From NCBI GenBank assembly GCA_964016885.1, contig OZ024744.1:123132001-123196000 (forward strand): a DNA stretch of 64,000 nt, given 5' to 3'. Position 1 is the first letter of the stretch, and each line of letters opens with the position of its first letter. The translations under genes were made by a program, and so were the position numbers. This stretch comes from Eledone cirrhosa. Its lineage: Eukaryota. Below the pieces are notes generated by a model that saw only the letters and a list, made by a program, of their open reading frames with translations, had not been told where the DNA came from and searched no databases. This document shows positions 1 through 11,003 of this stretch, piece after piece.

Positions 1-3000
1 CAGACACTGGTACTAGGAATAATTTTACTCAGTTTTACCAGACACTGGTACTAGGACTAAATATAGTCAGTGTTAACAGACACTGGTACTAAATATAGTC
101 ACTGTTAACAGACACTGGTACTAGGACTAAATATAGTCACTGTTAACAGACACTGGTACTAGGACTAGATATAGTCAGTGTTAACAGTCACTGGTACTAG
201 TACTAAATATAGTCACTGTTAACAGACACTGGTACTAGGACTAAATATAGTCAGTGTTAACAGACACTGGTACTAGGACTAAATATAGTCACTGTTAACA
301 GACACTGGTACTAGGACTAAATATAGTCACTGTTAAGAGATACTGTTACTAGGACTAACTACATTCAGTGTTAACAGAGACTGGTACTAGGTCTAAATCT
401 ACTCAGTGTTAACAGACACTGGTACTAAATATAGTCATTGTTAACAGACACTGGTACTAGGACTAAATATAGTCACTGTTAACAGACACTGGTACTAGGA
501 CTAAATATAGTCAGTGTTAACAGACTGGGACTAGGACTAACTATAGTCAGTGTTAATAGATACTGGTACTAGGACTAACTACAGTCATTGTTAACACACA
601 CTGGTATTAGGACTATCTATAGTCAGTGTTAACAGACTCTGGTACTAGGACTAAATATAGTCAGTGTTAACAGACACTGGTACTAGGACTAACTATAGTC
701 ACTGTTAACAGACACTGGTACTAGGACTAAATATAGTCACTGTTAACAGACACTGGTACTAGGACTAAATATAGTCAGTGTTAACAGACTGGGACTAGGA
801 CTAACCATAGTCAGTGTTAATAGTTACTGGTACTAGGACTAACTACAGTCATTGTTAACACACACTGGTACTAGGACTATCTATAGTCAGTGTTAACAGA
901 CTCTGGTACTAGGACTAAATATAGTCAGTGTTAACAGACACTGGTACTAGGACTAACTATAGTCAGTGTTAACAGACCCAGGTACTAGGACTAACTACCG
1001 TCAGTGTTAACAGACACTGGTACTAGGAATAACTACAGTCAATGTTAACAGACACTGGTACTAGGACTAAATCTACTCAGTGTTAACAGACACTGGTACT
1101 AAATATAGTCACTGTTAACAGACACTGGTACTAGGACTAAATATAGTCACTGTTAACAGACACTGGTACTAGGACTAAATATAGTCAGTGTTAACAGACA
1201 CTGGTACTAGGACTAATTATAGTCACTGTTAACAGACACTGGTACTAGGACTAATTATAGTCACTGTTAACAGACACTGGCACTAGTACTAAATATAGTC
1301 ACTGTTAACAGACGCTGGTACTAGGACTAACTATAGTCAGTGTTAACAGACACTGGTACTAGTACTAAATATAGTCACTGTTAACAGACACTGGTACTAG
1401 TACTAATTATAGTCACTGTTAACAGACACAGGTACTAGGACTAAATATAGTCACTGTTAACAGACACTGGTACTAGGACTAAATATAATCACTGTTAACA
1501 GACACTTGTACTAGGACTAACTACAGTCACTGTTAACAGACACTGGTACTAGGACTAAATATAGTCAGTGTTAACAGACACTGGTATTAGGACTAAATAT
1601 AGTCACTGTTAACAGACACTGGTACTAGGACTAAATATAGTCAATGTTAACAGACACTGGTATTAGGACTAAATATAGTCAATGTTAACAGACACTGGTA
1701 CTAGGGCTAACTACAGTCACTGTTAACAGACACTGGTACTAGGACTAAATATAGTCAGTGTTAACAGACACTGGTACTAGGACTAATTATAGTCACTGTT
1801 AACAGGCACTGGTACTAGGACTAAATATAGTCACTGTTAACAGACACTGGTACTAGGACTAAATATAGTCAGTGTTAACAGATGCTGGTACTAGGACTAA
1901 ATATAGTCATTGTTAACAGACACTGGTACTAGGACTAAATATAGTCACTGTTAACAGACACTGGTACTAGGACTAAACATATTCACTGTTAACAGATACT
2001 GGTACTAGGACTAAATATAGTCAGTGTTAACAGACACTAGTACTAAATATAGTCAGTGTTAACAGACACTGGTACTAGTACTAAATATAGTCACTGTTCA
2101 CAGACACTGGTACTAGGACTAAACATAATCACTGTTAACAGACACTGGTACTAGGACTAAACATAATCACTGTTAACAGAGACTGGTAGTAGGACTAACT
2201 ATAGTCAGTGTTTACGTTTACTGGTACTAGGACTACCTATAATCACTGTTAACAGACACTCGTACTAGGACCAAATAATCACTGTTAACAGACACTAGTA
2301 CTAGGACTAACTATAGTCAGTGTTAACAGACCCAGGTACTAGGACTAACTACAGTCAGTGTTAACAGACACTGGTACTATGGCCAAATATAGTCAGTGTT
2401 AACAGACACAGGTACTAGGACAAACTACAGTCACTATTAACAGACACTGGTACTAGGGCTAAATATAGTCTGTGTTAACAGACACATGTACTAGGACTAG
2501 ATATAATCACTGTTAACAGAGACTGGTACTAGGACTAAATCTACTCAGTGTTAACAGACACTGGTACTAGGAATAATTCTACTCAGTTTTACCAGACACT
2601 GGTACTAGGACTAAATATAGTCAGTGTTAACAGACACTGGTACTAAATATAGTCACTGTTAACAGACACTGGTACTAGGACTAAATATAGTCACTGTTAA
2701 CAGACACTGGTACTAGGACTAGATATAGTCAGTGTTAACAGTCACTGGTACTAGTACTAAATATAGTCACTGTTAACAGACACTGGTACTAGGACTAACT
2801 ACAGTCAGTGTTAACAGACACTGGTACTATGGCCAAATATAGTCAGTGTTAACAGACACAGGTACTAGGACAAACTACAGTCAGTGTTAACAGACACTGG
2901 TACTATGGCCAAATATAGTCAGTGTTAACAGACACAGGTACTAGGACAAACTACAGTCACTATTAACAGACACTGGTACTAGGGCTAAATATAGTCTGTG

Positions 3001-6000
3001 TTAACAGACACATGTACTAGGACTAGATATAATCACTGTTAACAGAGACTGGTACTAGGACTAAATCTACTCAGTGTTAACAGACACTGGTACTAGGAAT
3101 AATTCTACTCAGTTTTACCAGACACTGGTACTAGGACTAAATATAGTCAGTGTTAACAGACACTGGTACTAAATATAGTCACTGTTAACAGACACTGGTA
3201 CTAGGACTAGATATAGTCAGTGTTAACAGTCACTGGTACTAGTACTAAATATAGTCACTGTTAACAGACACTGGTACTAGGACTAAATATAGTCAGTGTT
3301 AACAGACACTGGTACTAGGACTAAATATAGTCACTGTTAACAGACACTGGTACTAGGACTAAATATAGTCACTGTTAAGAGATACTGTTACTAGGACTAA
3401 CTACATTCAGTGTTAACAGAGACTGGTACTAGGACTAAATCTACTCAGTGTTAACAGACACTGGTCCTAAATATAGTCACTGTTAACAGACACTGGTACT
3501 AGGACTAAATATAGTCACTGTTAACAGACACTGGTACTAGGACTAAATATAGTCATTGTTAACAGACTGGGACTAGGACTAACCATAGTCAGTGTTAATA
3601 GATACTGGTACTAGGACTAACTACAGTCATTGTTAACACACACTGGTATTAGGACTATCTATAGTCGGTGTTAACAGACTCTGGTACTAGGACTAAATAT
3701 AGTCAGTGTTAACAGACACTGGTACTAGGACTAACTATAGTCAGTGTTAACAGACCCAGGTACTAGGACTACCGTCAGTGTTAACAGACACTGGTACTAG
3801 GAATAACTACAGTCAATGTTAACAGACACTGGTACTAGGACTAAATCTACTCAGTGTTAACAGACACTGGTACTAAATATAGTCACTGTTAACAGACACT
3901 GGTACTAGGACTAAATATAGTCAGTGTTAACAGATGCTGGTACTAGGACTAAATATAGTCATTGTTAACAGACACTGGTACTAGGACTAAATATAGTCAC
4001 TGTTAACAGACACTGGTACTAGGACTAAACATATTCACTGTTAACAGATACTGGTAATAGGACTAAATATAGTCAGTGTTAACAGACACTAGTACTAAAT
4101 ATAGTCAGTGTTAACAGACACTGGTACTAGTACTAAATATAGTCACTGTTAACAGACACTGGTACTAGGACTAACCATAATCACTGTTAACAGATACTGG
4201 TAGTAGGACTAAATATAGGCAGTGTTAACAGACACTGGTACTAGGACTAAACATAATCAATGTTAACAGAGACTGGTAGTAGGACTAACTATAGTCAGTG
4301 TTTACGTTTACTGGTACTAGGACTACCTATAATCACTGTTAACAGACACTCGTACTAGGACCAACTAATCACGGTTAACAGGCACTAGTACTAGGACTAA
4401 CTATAGTCAGTGTTAACAGACCCAGGTACTAGGACTAACTACAGTCAGTGTTAACAGACCCAGGTACTAGGACTAACTACAGTCAGTGTTAACAGACACT
4501 GGTACTATGGCCAAATATAGTCAGTGTTAACAGACACAGGTACTAGGACTAACTACAGTCACTATTAACAGACACTGGTACTAGGGCTAAATATAGTCTG
4601 TGTTAACAGACACATGTACTAGGACTAGATATAATCACTGTTAATAGAGACTGGTACTAGGACTAAATCTACTCAGTGTTAACAGACACTGGTACTAGGA
4701 ATAATTCTACTCAGTTTTACCAGACACTGGTACTAGGACTAAATATAGTCAGTGTTAACAGACACTGGTACTAAATATAGTCACTGTTAACAGACACTGG
4801 TACTAGGACTAAATATAGTCACTGTTAACAGACACTGGTACTAGGACTAGATATAGTCAGTGTTAACAGTCACTGGTACTAGTACTAAATATAGTCACTG
4901 TTAACAGACACTGGTACTAGGACTAAATATAGTCAGTGTTAACAGACACTGGTACTAGGACTAAATATAGTCACTGTTAACAGACACTGGTACTAGGACT
5001 AAATATAGTCACTGTTAAGAGATACTGTTACTAGGACTAACTACATTCAGTGTTAACAGAGACTGGTACTAGGACTAAATCTACTCAGTGTTAACAGACA
5101 CTGGTACTAAATATAGTCACTGTTAACAGACACTGGTACTAGGACTAAATATAGTCACTGTTAACAGACACTGGTACTAGGACTAAATATAGTCAGTGTT
5201 AACAGACTGGGACTAGGACTAACTATAGTCAGTGTTAATAGATACTGGTACTAGGACTAACTACAGTCATTGTTAACACACACTGGTATTAGGACTATCT
5301 ATAGTCAGTGTTAACAGACTCTGGTACTAGGACTAAATATAGTCAGTGTTAACAGACACTGGTACTAGGACTAACTATAGTCACTGTTAACAGACACTGG
5401 TACTAGGACTAATTATAGTCACTGTTAACAGACACAGGTACTAGGACTAAATATAGTCACTGTTAACAGACACTGGTACTAGGACTAAATATAATCACTG
5501 TTAACAGACACTTGTACTAGGACTAAATATAGTCAATGTTAACAGACACTGGTATTAGGACTAAATATAGTCAATATTAACAGACACTGGTACTAGGGCT
5601 AACTACAGTCACTGTTAACAGACACTGGTACTAGGACTAAATATAGTCAGTGTTAACAGACACTGGTACTAGGACTAATTATAGTCACTGTTAACAGACA
5701 CTGGTACTAGGACTAAATATAGTCAGTGTTAACAGATGCTGGTACTAGGACTAAATATAGTCATTGTTAACAGACACTGGTACTAGGACTAAATATAGTC
5801 ACTGTTAACAGACACTGGTACTAGGACTAAACATATTCACTGTTAACAGATACTGGTACTAGGACTAAATATAGTCAGTGTTAACAGACACTAGTACTAA
5901 ATATAGTCAGTGTTAACAGACACTGGTACTAGTACTAAATATAGTCACTGTTAACAGACACTGGTACTAGGACTAAACATAATCACTGTTAACAGATACT

Positions 6001-6656
6001 GGTAGTAGGACTAAATATAGGCAGTGTTAACAGACACTGGTACTAGGACTAAACATAATCACTGTTAACAGATACTGGTAGTAGGACTAACTATAGTCTG
6101 TGTTTACGTTTACTAGTACTAGGACTACCTATAATCACTGTTAACAGACACTCGTACTAGGACCAAATAATCACTGTTAACAGACACTAGTACTAGGACT
6201 AAATCTACTCAGTGTTAACAGACACTAGTACTAGGACTAAATCTACTCAGTGTTAACAGACACTGGTAATAGGACTAAATATAGTCACTGTTAATAGATA
6301 CTAGTACTAGGAATAACTACAGTCAGTGTTAACAGACTCTGGTACTAGGGCTAAATATAGTCACTTTTAACATACACTGCTACTAGGACTAACTATAGTC
6401 AGTGTCAACCGACACTTGTACTAGGACTAACTACAGTCACTGTTAACAGACACTGGTACTAGGACTAAATATAGTCACTGTTAACAGACACTGGTACTAG
6501 GACTAAATATTGTCAGTGTTAACAGACACTGGTACTAGGACTAAATATAGTCACTGTTAACAGACACTGGTACTAGGACTAAATATTGTCAGTGTTAACA
6601 GACACACGTACTAGGACTAATTATAGTCACTGTTAACAGACACTGGTACTAGGACT
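1..6656. repeat. 38-bp satellite/minisatellite array, left block (runs off the window start)
   Basis: Continuous tandem copies of ACTGTTAACAGACACTGGTACTAGGACTAAATATAGTC (period 38, e.g. 101 to 139), with interspersed 32-bp variants lacking AGGACT. No ORFs in the track. Confidence 0.98.
6653..6656 (+). other. Target-site duplication GACT (left copy)
   Basis: The satellite reads ...GGTACTAG-GACT|TGTGG (LTR start). After the element it resumes GACT-AAATACAGTC, so the monomer is restored with GACT duplicated. Confidence 0.85.
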
Positions 6657-7117
6657 TGTGGCAAGAGTTTCCTCCCTTGCCATGACAATCTCATCACCGC
6701 TCTCTAGACAGGAAGTAGGTGGAGTTGCTTCCCTTTTGGATTGACAGACTCCCTGGTGGTCACTTCCGGTCAACTCATATAAAAGGAGCAGTTTACCACC
6801 ATATCTCCCTCTTGCCTCCTGATTTCTGCAGTGGGAACACCGGCGACCGTAGCTTGTGATGATTCCTTGCTGATGATCCTTTGTTACCAAGAACAATGCA
6901 GCTTGCAGCCTGAGATGAGAGCCTAAGATGTCAATACCAGCTAGAAAAGATCTCTTCTATTCTCTACCAACTTAAGCCTCGAGTTATGACCATCGGGTAA
7001 CAAATCCTTAATATTTAATACCTTTGACTTCCATGAAGTAAAAACTTTATTATAACACATACACCGGTATTTACTGTCTTTTTTATGTTATATGTACACC
7101 GATACTAATCTCCTAAA
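6657..7117 (+). repeat. 5' LTR (461 bp)
   Basis: Begins TGTGGCAAGAG, ends ...AATCTCCTAAA. Direct repeat of 11588-12031 with about 24 substitutions and one 17-bp indel (6958-6974). Followed by the PBS after a 1-nt spacer. Confidence 0.95.
6708..6784 (+). promoter_or_regulatory. Putative LTR U3 promoter: TATA box TATAAAA (6778-6784) with two ETS-like motifs (ACAGGAAGT 6708-6716, CACTTCCGGT 6761-6770)
   Basis: Motifs are present in both LTRs (3' LTR TATAAAA at 11709-11715). Function is inferred from position only. Confidence 0.55.
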
Positions 7118-7118
7118 G

Positions 7119-7137
7119 TGGTGACACCCGACGTGAT
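7119..7137 (+). promoter_or_regulatory. Primer-binding site complementary to the 3' end of tRNA-Trp
   Basis: TGGTGACACCCGACGTGAT matches the canonical tRNA-Trp PBS TGGTGACCCCGACGTGAT with one inserted A, and lies 1 nt after the 5' LTR. Confidence 0.9.
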
Positions 7138-7166
7138 TTAAAAAAAGAAAAAAAAAGAATGGAAAT

Positions 7167-7605
7167 GGTATACGGTGTATATACTATAATATAAAAAAAA
7201 AAGAGAGACAGAAGAAAAAGAGAAAAATATAACAATTTAATACAAAACGAATACCTACAATTATTGACACACAGACAAACAGCAATTGTATAAATGTTTT
7301 TGCCTTCTTTTTTTTCTCTCCTTTTCTGCCCTTCTCTTCTCTGGCTAAACATTTTTGAGCATGACAAGATGGAGTCTCTCTTCTCCATCAATTGTGTTTT
7401 TGGCGCGAAATAGTCCGCCATGTTGGATTTTTTTTTAGGTTCCTTGCCCTTACCTTAGTAATAACAGCATTCACTTAATCGCTTGTTTGCATATTGTCCC
7501 GGATGCATTATTTTTCCGGTCCAGTGGTCTGACGGAAACATTTTGTTTTCCTTTTCTGTTACGTTACAGACATTTTTCCAAACGGTAGATTGCCTACGGT
7601 ATACC
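7167..7605. mobile_element. Candidate non-autonomous DNA transposon (MITE-like, 439 bp) nested in the retrotransposon
   Basis: Ends GGTATACGGT (7167-7176) and ACGGTATACC (7596-7605) are 9/10 inverted repeats, flanked by AAT on both sides (7164-7166, 7606-7608). The interior is AT-rich and non-coding. The TIR is short, so chance is not excluded. Confidence 0.4.
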
Positions 7606-7606
7606 A

Positions 7607-7897
7607 ATGGCTTGTGTTCACCACCCAGCTCGGGCCACACCCGGCCATGCGATCTACGCGGCAGCGCCAACAGACAGCTCGACCATTATAGCGATGCAAA
7701 GGTCCATTCAGGAGCTCACCAAGATGAAGGCCTTGTGTGGTGGCTGTTCGCGCCCCCGTAGTCGCGGGAGATCGCAAAGTTTTAGACGGCGTTCTAAATC
7801 ACCAGCTTCATCTTTATGCTGGTACCACGAGCGATTTGCTGAGAACGCGAACCACTGCGTGCAACCTTGCTCCTTTCATAAGGCGGGAAACGCTTAA
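7607..7897 (+). pseudogene. gag: Truncated gag: C-terminal/nucleocapsid part only
   Basis: An Arg/Ser-rich stretch (SRPRSRGRSQSFRRRSKSP) is followed by CWYHERFAENANHCVQPC = C-X2-H-X9-C-X3-C, the CHCC knuckle of CsRn1/Kabuki-type Gag. No capsid-like N-terminus is recognisable upstream. Confidence 0.85.
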
Positions 7898-7926
7898 GAG
7901 GTCCTCTGATGGGGACAGGTGACCTC
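7885..7926 (+). promoter_or_regulatory. Programmed -1 ribosomal frameshift signal at the gag-pol junction
   Basis: The heptamer G GGA AAC (7885-7891) is in X XXY YYZ phase with gag. The -1 frame is open into the protease ORF at 7909. After a 6-nt spacer come stems GAGGTC (7898-7903)/GACCTC (7921-7926) or GTCCTC-TGAT-GGGGAC (7901-7916). Confidence 0.75.
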
Positions 7927-8391
7927 AACATAAAGCCACCAAACCGCCATTTCTTCATTAAGGACCTAATGTCGGGAAGAGGTTTCCTCGTGGATACAGG
8001 AGCCTCCTGTAGTATTTGGCCGGTCCATTGCCTGAAAGATACCCCCATAGAGTCATCTGTTACGCTGCAGGCAGTTAACCACTCGTCTATAAAGACGTAC
8101 GGGCAAATCTCGTTCCCTCTTAAATTCCTAAATCTTCGAAGGGATTTTAAGTGGATTTTTACGGTTCCCGATTTACCATATCCCATCTTAGGAGCGGATT
8201 TCCTACACAACTTCTCTTTAACTGTGGACGTCCGTGGCCAACGCCTGGTGGATAACATCACCGGTTTTTCAATTCTTCGCCAGGAAGTCAATGCTCCAAC
8301 AGTCATCCCCATATTCTTCATCGCTGCCGCTGGAGACGTCTACCATTCGTTGCTGGGTTCTTTCCCGGAGCTCACGGATGGAAATTTTTGA
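7909..8391 (+). pseudogene. Retropepsin-like aspartic protease segment of pol
   Basis: FLVDTGASCS catalytic motif and PILGADFL motif. Ends at a premature TGA that is in frame with the RT segment at 8446. Confidence 0.92.
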
Positions 8392-8445
8392 GTCACTGAG
8401 CCAACACACTCGACCGAACATTTCGTTTCCACCACCGGTGCTCCA

Positions 8446-9995
8446 GTGTTTTCGCGTCCACGCCACTTACCGACGGAAAAATTAAAGGCAGCACGGTCCG
8501 AGTTCGACCATATGCTGCAGCTGGGCATTATTCGCCCATCTACGAGTCCTTGGGCTTCCCCGTTACACATGGTGCCCAAGACTTCCGGCGACTGGAGACC
8601 CACTGGGGATTATAGGAGGTTAAATGCCATGACCGTCCCGGATAGGTATCCCATTCCCCATCTCCACGATTTTGCATCTTCACTGCAGGGGTGTTAGATT
8701 TAGTGCGAGCCTACCACCAAATTCCGGTCAGGACGGAGGATATTCCGAAAACGGCGATTACAACCCCTTTCGGATCATTCGAATTTTTGACCATGCCTTT
8801 CGGACTCAGGAACGCCGCTAGCACTTTTCAGCGGTTCATAGACGAGGTCACGCGTGGTCTGGACTTCGTTTATGCTTACATAGACGATATTCTCGTCGCT
8901 AGTTCCTCTCCGGAAGAGCATATGCGCCACATGCTTCTCTTATTTCGGCGACTTCAGGATTACCGCGTTCGCGTGAATCCTGCAAAGTGTGTTTTCGGTT
9001 CCACTTCCCTACATTTTTTAGGCCACCTCATCGACGCCGAAGGTATTAGGCCGCTCCCTCAGCGAGTTCAAGCCATACAGGAGTTACCTCCGCCTACTAC
9101 ACTCCACCAGTTGCGTCACTTCCTAGGCCTAATCAATTTCTATAGGCGTTTCGTTCCTCATTGTGCTAATTTGCTATCTTCTCTTACTGACATTTTAAAA
9201 AATCGTCGTAACAAGAATGAAGACATTTCCTTGACACAAGGACAGCTTCAGGACTTCCAGTCTGCCAAGACAGCACTCACTAGTTCTTCTTTGCTAGCCC
9301 ACCCGGTACCAGAGGCCAAGCTTTCGCTTTGTGTTGATGCATCTGATACCGCTGTGGGAGCAGTTTTACAGCAGTCTTACGCTGAAAACCAACAACCTTT
9401 GGCATTTTTCTCGAGGAAGTTGAAACCAGAAGAAACGCGTTATAGCACGTTTGGGCGGGAATTATTAGCCATATATCTGTCGGTGAAACATTTCTCTCAT
9501 ATTCTTGAGGGGAGAAATTTTACGGTTTTTACGGACCATAAACTGTTGACCTTCGCTTTGAGAGCCAAAGCCGACAGATATTCGTCCAGAGAGACAAGGC
9601 ACCTGCAGTACGTTTCACAATTTACAAACGATATCCAGCACATTGCCGGCTCGCACAACATAGTTGCAGACGCATTGTCACGTTTGCCAATTAGCTCCAT
9701 CTCGTCATCCCAGGAGATCGACTTAGGTCGTTTAGCTGCAGACCAACCTGCACTCCAATCGTTGGACACTCTTTCTACTGAATTTGCGACTTGCATTTTC
9801 AAAAGATGGGATATGGCAAACGACAGGCAGATTCTATGTGATGTATCTACTGATGCACTACGACCACTTGTTCCTGAGACTCACCGTCGAATTGTGTTCC
9901 TGGCTTTGCACAACATTTCTCATCCAGGATCTGCTGCCACAGTTAAACTTATAACAGCCAGATTCTTCTGGCCAAATATGAGGCGCGACATTGCT
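8446..9995 (+). pseudogene. Reverse transcriptase and RNase H segment of pol, plus the start of the integrase Zn finger
   Basis: RT: [45 protein letters not shown]. RNase H: [35 protein letters not shown]. Integrase start: HNISHPG. One frameshift at about 8693. Confidence 0.95.
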
Positions 9996-11003
9996 GCCGT
10001 TCCTGTATCGCTTGCCAGAAATCGAAGATCCATAGACACATCCGGACTCTACTTTCAGTACTCCAGATGCTCGGTTCCAACACATCCACATTGACATCGT
10101 TGAACCTTGGCCATTCAGCAGTGGATATTCTTACATATTGACGTGTGTCGATCGTTTTTCAAGGTGGCCTGAAGCCATCCCTTTACAAGACATGACTGCT
10201 GAGACTGTAGCACGTGCCCTGGTATCAGGGTGGATTACCCGCTTTGGGGTACCAACTACACTCACCACAAACCGTGGTAGACATTTCGAGTCCCATCTCT
10301 TCTCTGAGCTCACAAAAATAATTGGAGCTCAACGGATTCGGACCACAGCCTATCATCCTGCTTCAAATGGAATGGTGGAACGATTCCACCGCCAATTAAA
10401 GGCCGCTCTTCGCGCCTATCCAGACTCTCAACGTTGGAGCGAGTACCTTCCTATTGTGTTGTTAGGAATTCGGTCATCAACAAAGGAGGACCTGGGGTTC
10501 TCCCCGGCCGAATTACTTTACGGTGCTCCTCTAGCGTTGCCTGGGCAAATGCTTGCTCCTGTTGATCTTGCTTTCCAAGATCCGCTTTCCTACGTATCCC
10601 GTCTGCGTTCTTATTTTCAGGACCTGCCGCCGATGGATACGAGGAAGCAAACTGTAAAACCTGCGGTCCCGAGGGATATTGCCTCGTGGACCCATGTGTT
10701 CGTAAGGAACGATGCTGTGAGACCACCCCTCACACAACCATACTCTGGACCCTACCGTGTGTTAGCACGCACTGACAAACATTTCACTGTAGACGTTAAG
10801 GGTCCAGAGAGACAATTTCGGTGGATAGACTGAAAAGGGCACACAATGACGCTCATACACCCGAGCCACAAATACCCCAATCTTTCTCTCTTGTGCATAC
10901 ACCTGCTCCTTCTGCCCACCCTTTACCTACATACAAGACTACGACCCGTTCCGGTCGGAGAGTCCACTGGCCCCAAAAGTTCTGCCAAACTATTTTTATG
11001 TGA
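9995..11003 (+). pseudogene. Integrase segment of pol (CxxC, DDE core, GPY/F motif)
   Basis: [11 protein letters not shown] (9995, shifted frame), [38 protein letters not shown] (N to E spacing 35), [17 protein letters not shown] and a TRSGR tail. No chromodomain recognisable. Confidence 0.93.

Larger units (their letters stand above)
7885..11003 (+). pseudogene. pol: pol polyprotein pseudogene (protease-RT-RNase H-integrase), disrupted
   Basis: Reconstructed across ORF fragments 7909-8391, 8446-8697, 8691-~9995, 9995-~10048, ~10048-10808 and 10809-11003. In-frame TGA at 8389-8391 and frameshifts near 8693, 9995, 10048 and 10806. Confidence 0.93.

Noticed and set aside
6633-6896. Minus-strand 87-aa ORF and its counterparts at 11516-11704 and 11732-11974
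   Set aside because: Antisense readings of the two LTRs. Their similarity only reflects the LTR duplication, and the frame is broken in the 3' LTR.
7119-7137. tRNA gene
   Set aside because: Only a short complement of the tRNA-Trp 3' end (the PBS), with no cloverleaf.
7113-7421. Minus-strand 102-aa ORF with a hydrophobic, TM-like C-terminus
   Set aside because: Artefact of A-rich and T-rich low-complexity tracts with no recognisable domain.
7541-7569. Splice acceptor-like polypyrimidine tract ending in CAG upstream of the gag remnant
   Set aside because: Common by chance in T-rich DNA, with no convincing donor or transcript evidence.
8389-8391. Programmed stop readthrough between protease and RT
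   Set aside because: No readthrough context (next codon GTC) and the element has many other lesions, so a simple nonsense mutation is more parsimonious.
7794-10737. Antisense and alternate-frame ORFs overlapping pol (e.g. 7794-8321, 9497-9802, 10451-10726)
   Set aside because: Shadow ORFs of pol with no motifs of their own.
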